Source: an uncultured Dehalococcoidales bacterium (GTDB lineage Bacteria > Chloroflexota > Dehalococcoidia > E44-bin15). From it: a stretch of DNA of 49,465 nt. Below, in pieces: positions 19,450-27,959 of this stretch (its first letter is position 1; each line of letters begins with the position of its first letter). Both the position numbers and the translations under genes were made by a program. Below the pieces are notes generated by a model. It had not been told where the DNA came from. It ran no database searches and saw only the letters and a list, made by a program, of their open reading frames with translations. Location of the stretch: assembly GCA_964431905.1 (NCBI GenBank), contig CAYSLE010000001.1, positions 1,185 through 50,649 of the forward strand, given 5' to 3'.

Positions 19450-22400
19450 ATGGCAGATGAGCACCTTTCACCACTGGAGCGGGAACTGGGCCACTTTCCC
19501 CCTGCACTCCTAGCCGAATTCCACAAAGCGGCTCCGGCGGCCAGGGCCCGACTCTCCCCAAAGGAGTTTGAGGATTGGGCCAAGGAGGGCATTGCCATAG
19601 CCCAGTCTTCCTACCGCGCCTGGGAGCCGGCTTTGGAGTATTTCAGGGCAACCCCCAAGACCCTGGAGAAACTCTCCTTTCCCACTCTGATCTCATGGGT
19701 CCAAGTGGGCAAAAGGCTTTCTCAGGAGTCCTGCACCCTCTCCTCAGCCTATTTTCGAGCAAGCCCTGGCGCCATCAACTTCCTCGCACCGAACCAGTTT
19801 GAGGACTGGGCCAGCATAGGGAGAAGCCTGTACAAAGAGACCTGGCGCTCCAGCTCCCTCTCAGCGAAGTTTTTCGAGTGCAGCCCAGGGTTCCTGTCCT
19901 ACCTAGACCTTGAGGCGGTCTCGCGGTTTGTCCTTTTTCTGGGGACGCTCGCCGAGAAATCCTATGACCTGGCTAACGAGTGCTTGCTTCTGGCCGAGGA
20001 GGTCTTTGCCGGGTTGGAACGGGATGAGCGGATGCCCTTTATCAACCTGGCGTCGGTTCTGGCACAAACCAATTGTGCCGATGCCAGAACCTACTTCGCC
20101 CTCGGGCCCAGGATCCTTTCCCGGATCGAGCGGGGGGAGAGGAACCGCTTCCTGTCTCTGGCCATGGCCATTGCCAGCTCTAAGGGCATCCACGCCCCCT
20201 CCTTTCTGTTCGATGGGTCTCAGGCTCTAAGCAAGCTGGACGCCGCGCTCCACAGCCCCCTGCTCGATGCCTTCGAGGAGCTATCGCCCCTTTCCGCCGC
20301 CTCTGCCATCGAGTTCCTGAGGGTCTCTCCCACCCTGCTGCAGCGGATCGATATCTCAAGGCTAGGGCACTGGCTCAGCGAGGGGAAGAGCATTTTGAAG
20401 AAACGGAGAGAGGCTGGGGAAGCCTACTTCCGCTTGGAGTCGATGAGGTGTGAGGAGGTTTTGCAGCGCCTGTCCTCCGGGGTTGAGCTAGACCAAGTTA
20501 AAGAGGTGCTGCGAATGTACTGTAGAGCGCTCACCGGGCGCAATGCTCAAATACTTTCCACCGAGAATTTGACGGGTAGAGGCATCGGATGGACCTCCCT
20601 GGAAATGCCCTCCACCGAGGGAACCGGAGTGTTTCTACCGTCCATCGTCGACAAATATGACACCAAGAGAGATAACTTCGGCTGGTATAAGGTTATGGTC
20701 ACCCACCAGGCAGGGCATCTTGAATTTGGCAGCTTCGATTTCTCCTTCGAGAAGGAGGCCACCCTCTTCCCCAACCTGCGCTTTGAGCTTGGCGACCGAA
20801 GCGGGAATGGTATTACCGACCTGGAGAGGTTCTTCGATCTCTTCGCCGACCGTCGCCTTGCCGCCGACATCTTTACTGCGGTGGAGGACACGAGGGTAGA
20901 CTACCTGCTCAAGGGAGAATATGCCGGGATTAGAAAAAGATATGAGCAGGTGCAGCGAGAGGCGCTGGCGGATAGACCCCCGGTGAATTCCCTGCCATTG
21001 AGGCAGGCATTTGTCGAGTTCCTGACCCAAGTGAGCCTGGTGGACCTTGACCATGTCGAATTTCCCGCTGAAGTGGCGCGTGAGCTTCGCCTGGTTACTC
21101 AAATCGCCAGCAAGGTAAAGTCGCCCCAGGCCACCGTGGAGGACTCCGCTGAAGCTACCATCAGGCTCTATGCCCTCATAGCTAAGATCATCAATATGAT
21201 GTATGAGCAGGGGTGGCAGACCATCGATCTGAACATGGATTTTGAAGACCTCGATGAGCTCATCGTATCCCTCGATGGCATTCCCAAGGGGGATAGGGTA
21301 GAGGGCACTGAACTGCCCTATGAAAGCCCGCCACAAGTGGATTTCCGCGGCGATTTCAAACCGGAGCTTGTTCAATTGCTAATGAAATTAAAGCAGGACT
21401 ACTCTCAGCGCGATACTCCTCCGGGCACACCTCTGTCCCCAGAGGCCCTGAAGGAACTGGCGGAGAAGAGCGTTGAGATCGAGCTTGCCTGTGTATCACC
21501 CGGCGATCTATCCTCCTCCATCGGCCTATTCATCAGCAACCTGATGGACCAACTGAACCAGCCGATACCTTCTCTAACCATCCCAGAAAGGAAAGAAGCA
21601 AAAAAAGCCGCCTCGGAGGAGAAGGCCCTGGAAGAGGAAAAGAATTCCTTCCTCTATGATGAATGGGACTTTCGCGCCAACGATTATAAGCCCAGGTGGT
21701 GTCGCCTCCGAGAGAAGACCACCGCTGAAGGGACAGCGGAGTTCTTCGAAGACACCCTGAAAGATCATTCCCATCTGGCTGCTCAGATCAAGAGACAATT
21801 CGAACTGGTGACGCTGGAATTCTTCAAGAAGATAAAGAGGCTTCACGATGGAGAGGATTTCGATCTAGATGCCGTGATTGAGGCCATGGTAGAGAAAAAG
21901 GCCGGGGTTGCTCCCAGCGAGAAGATCTACTGGAGACGGAACAAAGTGGAGAGGGATGTCTCCGTGGCCTTTCTCCTCGATATGAGCGCATCGACCTCCG
22001 AAGCCATCGAGGAGGTAAAAACGAAACCGGATAATTGGGATTTCGATACCAACCTGAGAGGCTATTTGCAGTATCTCAGGATGCAGCGCGAAGACATGGG
22101 AGGACAAAAAACAAGGCGCATCATCGATGTGGAAAAAGAGAGCCTGGTCCTCCTGATCGGGGCGCTGGAAACCATCGGCGACCAATATGGAATCTATGGC
22201 TTCTCCGGGTATGGCAGGGACAATGTGGAGTTCTTTGTCATCAAGGACATCGATGAGGATTTTTCGGAGAGGGTAAAACAACGGATCGACAAGCTTGCTC
22301 CACTGCACGCCACCAGAATGGGGCCAGCGATAAGACATGCCACCTCAAAGCTACTGAGGCAGGATTCCAGGACCAAGATCCTCTTCCTGATCAGCGATGG

Positions 22401-22641
22401 TCGCCCCCAGGATCATGGTTATGGCCGGGATTCTATGGAGAAAGACTACGCCATCCACGATACCAAGATGGCGCTCCTGGAGGCCAAGCGAAAGAATATA
22501 GTGCCCTTCTGTCTAACTGTGGATAAGGCAGGGCAGGACTACCTAAAGAAGATGTGCCATGATATCGGCTATGAAGTGGTGTGGGACATCGAATCCCTGC
22601 CCAAACGCCTGCCCACCCTCTATAGAAGGCTGACCACCTAG
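19450..22641 (+). CDS. Large VWA-domain protein, CbbO/NorD-like
   Basis: The C-terminal VWA domain has the MIDAS motif DMSASTS, then FLISDGRPQD and FCLTVD. The N-terminal ~330 aa consist of ~37-aa helical repeats. ATG 19450 lies 1 nt after the Nudix stop. Confidence 0.8.
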   Translation: MADEHLSPLERELGHFPPALLAEFHKAAPAARARLSPKEFEDWAKEGIAIAQSSYRAWEPALEYFRATPKTLEKLSFPTLISWVQVGKRLSQESCTLSSAYFRASPGAINFLAPNQFEDWASIGRSLYKETWRSSSLSAKFFECSPGFLSYLDLEAVSRFVLFLGTLAEKSYDLANECLLLAEEVFAGLERDERMPFINLASVLAQTNCADARTYFALGPRILSRIERGERNRFLSLAMAIASSKGIHAPSFLFDGSQALSKLDAALHSPLLDAFEELSPLSAASAIEFLRVSPTLLQRIDISRLGHWLSEGKSILKKRREAGEAYFRLESMRCEEVLQRLSSGVELDQVKEVLRMYCRALTGRNAQILSTENLTGRGIGWTSLEMPSTEGTGVFLPSIVDKYDTKRDNFGWYKVMVTHQAGHLEFGSFDFSFEKEATLFPNLRFELGDRSGNGITDLERFFDLFADRRLAADIFTAVEDTRVDYLLKGEYAGIRKRYEQVQREALADRPPVNSLPLRQAFVEFLTQVSLVDLDHVEFPAEVARELRLVTQIASKVKSPQATVEDSAEATIRLYALIAKIINMMYEQGWQTIDLNMDFEDLDELIVSLDGIPKGDRVEGTELPYESPPQVDFRGDFKPELVQLLMKLKQDYSQRDTPPGTPLSPEALKELAEKSVEIELACVSPGDLSSSIGLFISNLMDQLNQPIPSLTIPERKEAKKAASEEKALEEEKNSFLYDEWDFRANDYKPRWCRLREKTTAEGTAEFFEDTLKDHSHLAAQIKRQFELVTLEFFKKIKRLHDGEDFDLDAVIEAMVEKKAGVAPSEKIYWRRNKVERDVSVAFLLDMSASTSEAIEEVKTKPDNWDFDTNLRGYLQYLRMQREDMGGQKTRRIIDVEKESLVLLIGALETIGDQYGIYGFSGYGRDNVEFFVIKDIDEDFSERVKQRIDKLAPLHATRMGPAIRHATSKLLRQDSRTKILFLISDGRPQDHGYGRDSMEKDYAIHDTKMALLEAKRKNIVPFCLTVDKAGQDYLKKMCHDIGYEVVWDIESLPKRLPTLYRRLTT

Positions 22642-22662
22642 CCTGTAACCCTAAACAAGAAA

Positions 22663-22683
22663 GGGGCGGGGCTTTCCCGTCCC
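22663..22683. terminator. Bidirectional intrinsic terminator between convergent VWA and hsp20 genes
   Basis: ggggcggg (22663-22670) pairs with cccgtccc (22676-22683) with one G-T pair, loop gcttt. T-rich tails follow on both strands (ttcttcgcctt on +, tttcttgttt on -). Confidence 0.55.
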
Positions 22684-22710
22684 TTCTTCGCCTTAAACGG
22701 GGGCGTCAGT

Positions 22711-23181
22711 TCACTGCTTCTTGCCCTCAATGGCCCCCTTGGTTTTGACCTTCATGGTCTTGGGCTTAGCCTCCTCAGACCTGGGGATGGTTAGGGTCAA
22801 GATACCGTTCTCAAAGGTGGCCTCAGCCTTGTCCGTTTTAAGGTCAGCGGGGAGTTTTACCGAGCGACTGAAGGCACCATAGCGATGCTCCTGATAGAGG
22901 TAGTCCTCCCGCTTCACCTCCTCTTTTACTTTGGTCTCGCCTTTTATGGATAGTGTGTCTCCAGTGATGGTAACCTCTACCTCCTCAGGCTTGACGCCGG
23001 GCAAGGCGGCTTTAACCACCACCTCTTTCGCCGTCTGATACATGTCGATAAGCGGCTGCTCCTCTTCACCGAAGAACTCCTTGATGCGCGATGGCCGGAC
23101 AAAGCTCTCCTCGAAGAGCCGGTCCATAGCCTGACGCAGGCTCATCAACTCCCTGAAGGGCTCCCAACGAACAATGCTCAT
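22711..23181 (-). CDS. Hsp20/alpha-crystallin small heat-shock protein
   Basis: MSIVRWEPFRELMSL N-terminus and an alpha-crystallin domain ending GILTLTIP. ATG 23181 has an AGGAGGTGA SD; the listed GTG 23190 does not. Confidence 0.9.
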   Translation of the reverse strand: MSIVRWEPFRELMSLRQAMDRLFEESFVRPSRIKEFFGEEEQPLIDMYQTAKEVVVKAALPGVKPEEVEVTITGDTLSIKGETKVKEEVKREDYLYQEHRYGAFSRSVKLPADLKTDKAEATFENGILTLTIPRSEEAKPKTMKVKTKGAIEGKKQ

Positions 23182-23217
23182 CTTCCTCACCTCCTTTCAT
23201 GAATTAATCTCGCTATT

Positions 23218-23246
23218 AGTCTAGCGTGTTAGTATGATTTTGTCAA
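23218..23246 (-). promoter_or_regulatory. Candidate hsp20 promoter
   Basis: Minus strand: TTGACA (23246-23241), 17 nt, TAGACT (23223-23218). Confidence 0.5.
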
Positions 23247-23296
23247 GACTCCTACAATCACGTTGCAATATATCAATAATAAATCATTTAAAAGTA

Positions 23297-23325
23297 TTGA
23301 CATAATTTTATAATTATCTTATAAT
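23297..23325 (+). promoter_or_regulatory. Consensus sigma70 promoter of dnaJ-hspR-clpC
   Basis: TTGACA (23297-23302), exactly 17 nt, TATAAT (23320-23325), in a very AT-rich spacer. The AAGGAGAGG SD and ATG 23348 follow. Confidence 0.6.
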
Positions 23326-23347
23326 AAAAATCAATAAGGAGAGGAAA

Positions 23348-24346
23348 ATGGCGGCTAAGGACTTCTATCAAATTCTCGGTGTGAGTCGGAAGGCCAGCGA
23401 TAAGGAGATAAAGCAGGCCTATCGCCGGCTGGCACGTAAGTATCACCCCGATGTTAACCCGGGCAATCCCTCCGCTGAGGCCAAGTTCAAGGAGATAAAC
23501 GCTGCTTATGAAGTCCTCTCCGATCCGGAGAAGCGCAAGAAATACGACCAGTTTGGCGATAAGTGGCAGTATGCCGACCAATTCGCTGGATGGCAGCAGG
23601 GCTCCTTTGGCGACCATGCCCGGCAAGGGGCCACTGTCTTCGACTTTGGTGACGCCTTCGGCGAAGGCGACCTGGGCGGGATTTTCGATGGCCTGTTTCG
23701 AGGTTTCGGCACCAGGACCGCATCCCGCCGGCCCAGGCGCGGCCGTGACATCGAGCAGCCCATTGAGGTCACTCTAGAGGAAGCCTATCACGGCAGCACC
23801 CGCACTATTGGCACTCAGGCTGAGAGCGTCTGCGACGTCTGCAATGGAAGAGGGGCACTGGGGAATGCCCCCTGCTACACCTGTGGCGGCACGGGTAGGG
23901 TGCTCCGGCAGCAGCGTCTCGAGGTCAAGATCCCACCCGGGGTTAAGGATGGCTCGCGGATACGTGTCGCGGGCAAGGGTGGGCCCGGCTCCGCCGGCGG
24001 CTCAAGCGGCGATCTTTATCTTGTAGTCACGGTCCAGCCCCATTCTATATTCCAGCGGAAAGATAGCGATCTCCAGGTGGAAGTTGCCGTTCCCATTACC
24101 GATGCCATACTGGGCGGCGAGGTGGAGGTGCCGACGCTAAAGGGCAAAGTTGCCCTCAAGATACCCCCCGAGACCCAGAATGGGCGGGTGTTTCGCCTCG
24201 CCGGACAGGGCATGCCGGTGATGGGCAATACCAAGAAGGGCGACCTCCTGGCCAAGGTTAATATCGTCCTGCCCACCAAGCTAACGGAAAGGGAAAGGGA
24301 GCTTTTCCGGGAGCTGAGAAAGCTTCGCGGAGGTGACAAGAGATGA
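23348..24346 (+). CDS. dnaJ: DnaJ-class co-chaperone with a two-repeat zinc finger
   Basis: J domain with HPD ([10 protein letters not shown]) and a G/F-rich linker. Only two CxxCxGxG repeats ([16 protein letters not shown]), followed by C-terminal substrate-binding domains. Confidence 0.85.
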   Translation: MAAKDFYQILGVSRKASDKEIKQAYRRLARKYHPDVNPGNPSAEAKFKEINAAYEVLSDPEKRKKYDQFGDKWQYADQFAGWQQGSFGDHARQGATVFDFGDAFGEGDLGGIFDGLFRGFGTRTASRRPRRGRDIEQPIEVTLEEAYHGSTRTIGTQAESVCDVCNGRGALGNAPCYTCGGTGRVLRQQRLEVKIPPGVKDGSRIRVAGKGGPGSAGGSSGDLYLVVTVQPHSIFQRKDSDLQVEVAVPITDAILGGEVEVPTLKGKVALKIPPETQNGRVFRLAGQGMPVMGNTKKGDLLAKVNIVLPTKLTERERELFRELRKLRGGDKR

Positions 24347-24657
24347 TGTTCGATGATACTGAACCCTGCTACGTGATCAGCGTCGTCGCCAGGATGCTGG
24401 GCGTCAGTGCCCAGTCACTGCGCTATTATGAAAAGGCGGGGCTCATTGAGCCATCGCGCTCCCAGGGGCGGGTGCGCCTTTACTCCCAAAGGGACGTGGA
24501 GAGGCTGCGCCAGGCAAAGACGCTGATCGATGACCTGGGGGTAAACCTTGCTGGGGTGGAGGTCATACTCCGCCTTAGGGAGCATATCGCTGAGATGGAG
24601 AGACAGATGGAGGAGTTGGAGGTAGAGATCAAGCGCCTCAGGGAGGCCAAGCTCTAG
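24343..24657 (+). CDS. hspR: MerR-family heat-shock repressor HspR
   Basis: [46 protein letters not shown] is a MerR HTH. ATGA overlap with dnaJ. The position after dnaJ is the classic hspR context. Confidence 0.8.
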   Translation: MMFDDTEPCYVISVVARMLGVSAQSLRYYEKAGLIEPSRSQGRVRLYSQRDVERLRQAKTLIDDLGVNLAGVEVILRLREHIAEMERQMEELEVEIKRLREAKL

Positions 24658-24675
24658 CTCGAAAAGGAGTTTACC

Positions 24676-27087
24676 ATGATGAGACAGGATAGATTTACGG
24701 AACAGGCACAGGAGGCACTGGCCCTCTCCCAGGAGCTGGTGCGTCGTTACCGCCACAACCAGTGGGATGTGGAGCACATACTTCTCGCCCTGCTCCAGCA
24801 GGAGAATGGTTTGACCGGCGATATACTGAGAAAGCTGGGGGTGAATGCCGACGAGGTGCGGAGCCGCGTCGAAGCAGCGCTGGAGAAAACGCCCAAGATC
24901 GCCTATGAAGGGGCCACGCTCTACGCCACGCCGCGCACGGTGCGCCTTATGGAGAATGCCGCCTCCGAGGCCGAGCGGCTGAAGGATGAGTTCATCGGCA
25001 CTGAACACCTGCTCATCGCTATAGCCGGCGACCGGCAGGGGGACGCCGCCGCCATCCTTAGTGACTTCGGCATCGATCAGGAGAAGATATATCGCGCCCT
25101 TCAGGACATCCGCGGCGGACACCGCGTTACCGACCCCAGAGCGGAGAGCAAATACGGTGCTTTGGAGAAGTATAGCCGCGACCTGACCATGCTCGCCCGC
25201 GAGGGAAAGCTAGACCCGGTTATCGGGCGAGACGACGAAATAAAAAGGGTGATGCAAATCCTCACCAGACGCACCAAGAATAACCCGGTTATCATCGGCG
25301 AGGCCGGGGTGGGCAAGACTGCCATCGTGGAGGGCCTGGCCCAGAAGATCGTGGCCGATGATGTGCCCGATTCCCTCAAAGGCAAAAGGGTGATCGCCCT
25401 GGATATGGGGGCTCTGGTAGCCGGCTCCAAGTTCCGTGGCGAGTTCGAGGAGCGGCTCAAGGCGGTGATGGACGAAATCCGCCAGGCTCACGGCGAGATC
25501 ATCCTATTTATCGATGAGATGCACACCGTGGTCGGCGCCGGCGCGGCGGAGGGGGCCATCGATGCTAGCAACATGCTCAAGCCAGCCCTGGCCCGGGGCG
25601 AGCTCCGATGCGTGGGGGCGACAACGCTGGATGAGTATCGGGAGCATATCGAAAAGGATGCTGCCCTGGAGCGGCGGCTACAACCGGTTTACATCGATGA
25701 GCCCAGCGTCGAGGCTACCATCGAGATGCTCCGTGGGCTGCGCCCACGGTATGAGGCTCACCACAAGATACAGATCACCGATTCCGCCCTTGAGGCTGCT
25801 GCCCGGCTAAGCCAGAGGTATATCTCGGACCGCTTCCTCCCGGACAAGGCGGTGGACCTCATCGATGAGGCGGCATCGAAGATCAGGATCGACACCGAGA
25901 GCGCGCCCTCTGAGGTGAAGGAGCTGGAGAAAAAGGTAAAGCAACTAATCAATGAGGAGGAAGCAGCATCGCAGCGTCGAGAATACGAGCATGCCGCCGA
26001 GCTTAAGGTGGAACGACTGCGCCTGGAAGAGAGCTATAATCAAGCCAAGGCCAACTGGCTCCAAGAGAAGAGGATCGATGGGGTTGTGGACGAGGAGAAC
26101 ATCGCTGAGCTGATATCCAAATGGACCGGCATCCCCGTGTCCCGCATGCTGGAAGGGGAGACGGAGAAGCTCTTACATATGGAGGAGCGCATTCATGATA
26201 GGATCATCGGCCAGGATGCTGCGGTTGAGGTTGTCTCCCAGGCCATTAGACGGGCCAGGGCCGGGCTCAAGGATCCGAAGAGACCCATAGGCAGCTTCAT
26301 GTTCCTGGGGCCAACCGGCGTGGGCAAGACCGAGCTGGCTCGGGCCCTGGCTGAGTTCCTCTTCGATGATGAGGAGGCCATGGTCCGGCTCGATATGTCC
26401 GAGTACATGGAAAAGCACACCGTGTCTCGGCTTATCGGTGCCCCACCGGGCTACATCGGCTACGAAGAAGGGGGACAGCTCACCGAGGCAGTGCGCCGCC
26501 GACCCTATAAGGTGATCCTCTTCGATGAGGTGGAAAAGGCGCACCCCGATGTGTTCAACATCCTGCTTCAGATACTGGAGGACGGCCGGCTGACCGATGG
26601 TCATGGCAGAACCGTCGACTTTAAGAACACCGTGGTGATCATGACCTCCAACCTGGGCACTGAGGAGTTCCAGCGCCAAGCCATCGGTTTCTCCAAGGAG
26701 ACCAAGAGCGAACAGAAACGGCTAAAGGGCGCCATAGATAGCGCCCTGAAAAAGACCTTCCGCCCTGAGTTCCTCAACCGTCTTGATGAGATCGTTATCT
26801 TCCAGCCCCTCACCGAGGAGCAGATCAAACAGATCGTCGATCTCATGATGAAGGACGTTAGGAAGCGACTTGCCGATAGAAAGATAACTGTGGAACTTTC
26901 CCAGGCAGCCAAGGCTAAACTGGCCGAAGAGGGCTTCGACCCGGTATTTGGGGCCCGCCCATTGCGCCGCACCATACAGCGCCGGGTGGAGAACCCCTTG
27001 TCCATGAAGATACTTCAAGGGGAGTTTAAGGAGGGAGACCGCGTAGTCGTCGATGTCGGCCCCGATGGCTTCACCTTCACCGCTTGA
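24676..27087 (+). CDS. clpC: Clp/Hsp100 AAA+ chaperone, ClpC type
   Basis: Clp_N repeats and two Walker A boxes ([16 protein letters not shown]). The middle domain is short (~65 aa) with a UVR-like [14 protein letters not shown] sits where B. subtilis ClpC has its VGF ClpP-docking loop; ClpB lacks that loop. Confidence 0.75.
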   Translation: MMRQDRFTEQAQEALALSQELVRRYRHNQWDVEHILLALLQQENGLTGDILRKLGVNADEVRSRVEAALEKTPKIAYEGATLYATPRTVRLMENAASEAERLKDEFIGTEHLLIAIAGDRQGDAAAILSDFGIDQEKIYRALQDIRGGHRVTDPRAESKYGALEKYSRDLTMLAREGKLDPVIGRDDEIKRVMQILTRRTKNNPVIIGEAGVGKTAIVEGLAQKIVADDVPDSLKGKRVIALDMGALVAGSKFRGEFEERLKAVMDEIRQAHGEIILFIDEMHTVVGAGAAEGAIDASNMLKPALARGELRCVGATTLDEYREHIEKDAALERRLQPVYIDEPSVEATIEMLRGLRPRYEAHHKIQITDSALEAAARLSQRYISDRFLPDKAVDLIDEAASKIRIDTESAPSEVKELEKKVKQLINEEEAASQRREYEHAAELKVERLRLEESYNQAKANWLQEKRIDGVVDEENIAELISKWTGIPVSRMLEGETEKLLHMEERIHDRIIGQDAAVEVVSQAIRRARAGLKDPKRPIGSFMFLGPTGVGKTELARALAEFLFDDEEAMVRLDMSEYMEKHTVSRLIGAPPGYIGYEEGGQLTEAVRRRPYKVILFDEVEKAHPDVFNILLQILEDGRLTDGHGRTVDFKNTVVIMTSNLGTEEFQRQAIGFSKETKSEQKRLKGAIDSALKKTFRPEFLNRLDEIVIFQPLTEEQIKQIVDLMMKDVRKRLADRKITVELSQAAKAKLAEEGFDPVFGARPLRRTIQRRVENPLSMKILQGEFKEGDRVVVDVGPDGFTFTA

Positions 27088-27121
27088 CTTCTCTAGCCGT
27101 TCTGTGTAGTCTCAAAAAGCG

Positions 27122-27769
27122 ATGGGGAGCGACAACAAGGGATCGGCCAAAGAGGGCAACAGCGGGGAAAGCACGGCTGGCTTGAATCCGGCGGGTGAAG
27201 GGGTCGCCGAGCCGGCGAAGGTTCGCCGCTGGACAAAGCGGCACTGGGTTAGCCTTCTGATTATATTAGCCATCGCCATCATCTTTGTGGCGGTCTACTT
27301 CTTGAGCCAGGCATTAGATGATGTCTGGCTCTATGGCTATTTGGGGGCTTTTGTCATCAGTCTGATGGCCAGCGCCGTCGTTCTCCTCCCCGTGCCCGGC
27401 CTGCCGGTGATATTCCTCCTCGGGGCGATATTGAATCCCTTCATTTTGGGGCTGATGGTGGGGCTGGCTGAGCCCATAGGCGAGCTGACCAGCTACATGG
27501 CAGGCTATAGCGGGAGGGTCACCCTGCAGAATAGAGGTTCTTACACCAAATTGCAGGACTGGATGAAGCGCAGGGGCTCGCTAGTTCTCTTTGGCTTCTC
27601 CGCAGTGCCCAATCCTCTCACCGATGTCGCTGGTATTGCCGCCGGGGCACTTCGCTACCCGGTATGGAAGTTCCTCCTTATTCTCTTCTTGGGCAAGACA
27701 GTGAAGGGCATGATAGTGGCCTTAGCTGGGTATTGGACCCTACGGTTGGTGCTGGAGTCCATCATCTGA
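27122..27769 (+). CDS. YqaA/DedA-related (VTT domain) membrane protein
   Basis: Multiple TM helices. YGYLGAFVISLMASAVVLLPVPG...EPIGELTSYMAGYSG resembles COG1238 YqaA. Confidence 0.55.
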   Translation: MGSDNKGSAKEGNSGESTAGLNPAGEGVAEPAKVRRWTKRHWVSLLIILAIAIIFVAVYFLSQALDDVWLYGYLGAFVISLMASAVVLLPVPGLPVIFLLGAILNPFILGLMVGLAEPIGELTSYMAGYSGRVTLQNRGSYTKLQDWMKRRGSLVLFGFSAVPNPLTDVAGIAAGALRYPVWKFLLILFLGKTVKGMIVALAGYWTLRLVLESII

Positions 27770-27779
27770 TAACAACATT

Positions 27780-27808
27780 TTGACATATCCCCGTTTTTGT
27801 GTTAAGCT
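27780..27808 (+). promoter_or_regulatory. Candidate extended -10 promoter upstream of the PIN/TRAM-ispDF-cysS cluster
   Basis: TTGACA (27780-27785), 17 nt, TAAGCT (27803-27808), with TGT immediately upstream of the -10. Confidence 0.4.
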
Positions 27809-27822
27809 ATTAAGTGGAAAAA

Positions 27823-27931
27823 TCTAAGCTACCTCCCAGCAAACGAGGCGAGGCTGCTTTAATTATAGATTATTTTCTCATACTAAAGTAGCTTAGAAGC
27901 TCCTTCTAAGTGTACGTGTGTACACTTTTTT
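27823..27931 (+). promoter_or_regulatory. Candidate attenuator/riboswitch-like leader with three overlapping helices and a U-tract
   Basis: P1 is tctaagctac (27823-27832) / gtagcttaga (27888-27897). The middle hairpin is cttagaag (27892-27899) / cttctaag (27903-27910). The terminator-like hairpin is aagtgtac (27908-27915) / gtacactt (27920-27927), with the T run continuing to 27931. Confidence 0.4.
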
Positions 27932-27959
27932 CTTGCTTGGGGGGTGGAGGAGGTGAAGA

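Noticed and set aside
23182-23347. Search for the HspR operator (HAIR) or CIRCE in the heat-shock divergent promoter
   Set aside because: I found only 5-bp inverted matches (AGTCT...AGACT, ATTGA...TCAAT), which are not distinguishable from chance in AT-rich DNA. No operator is annotated.
24415-25122. Long antisense ORFs. This one lies opposite hspR/clpC. Others are 15856-16503 opposite coaE, 20635-21375 opposite the VWA gene, 39608-40189 opposite the desulfurase, 45127-45777 opposite the CoA-transferase, and 6988-7644 opposite the hydrolase.
   Set aside because: Each lies fully inside a gene with strong family motifs on the other strand and has no motifs or SD of its own. These ORFs are expected by chance when the third codon position on the coding strand is GC-rich.
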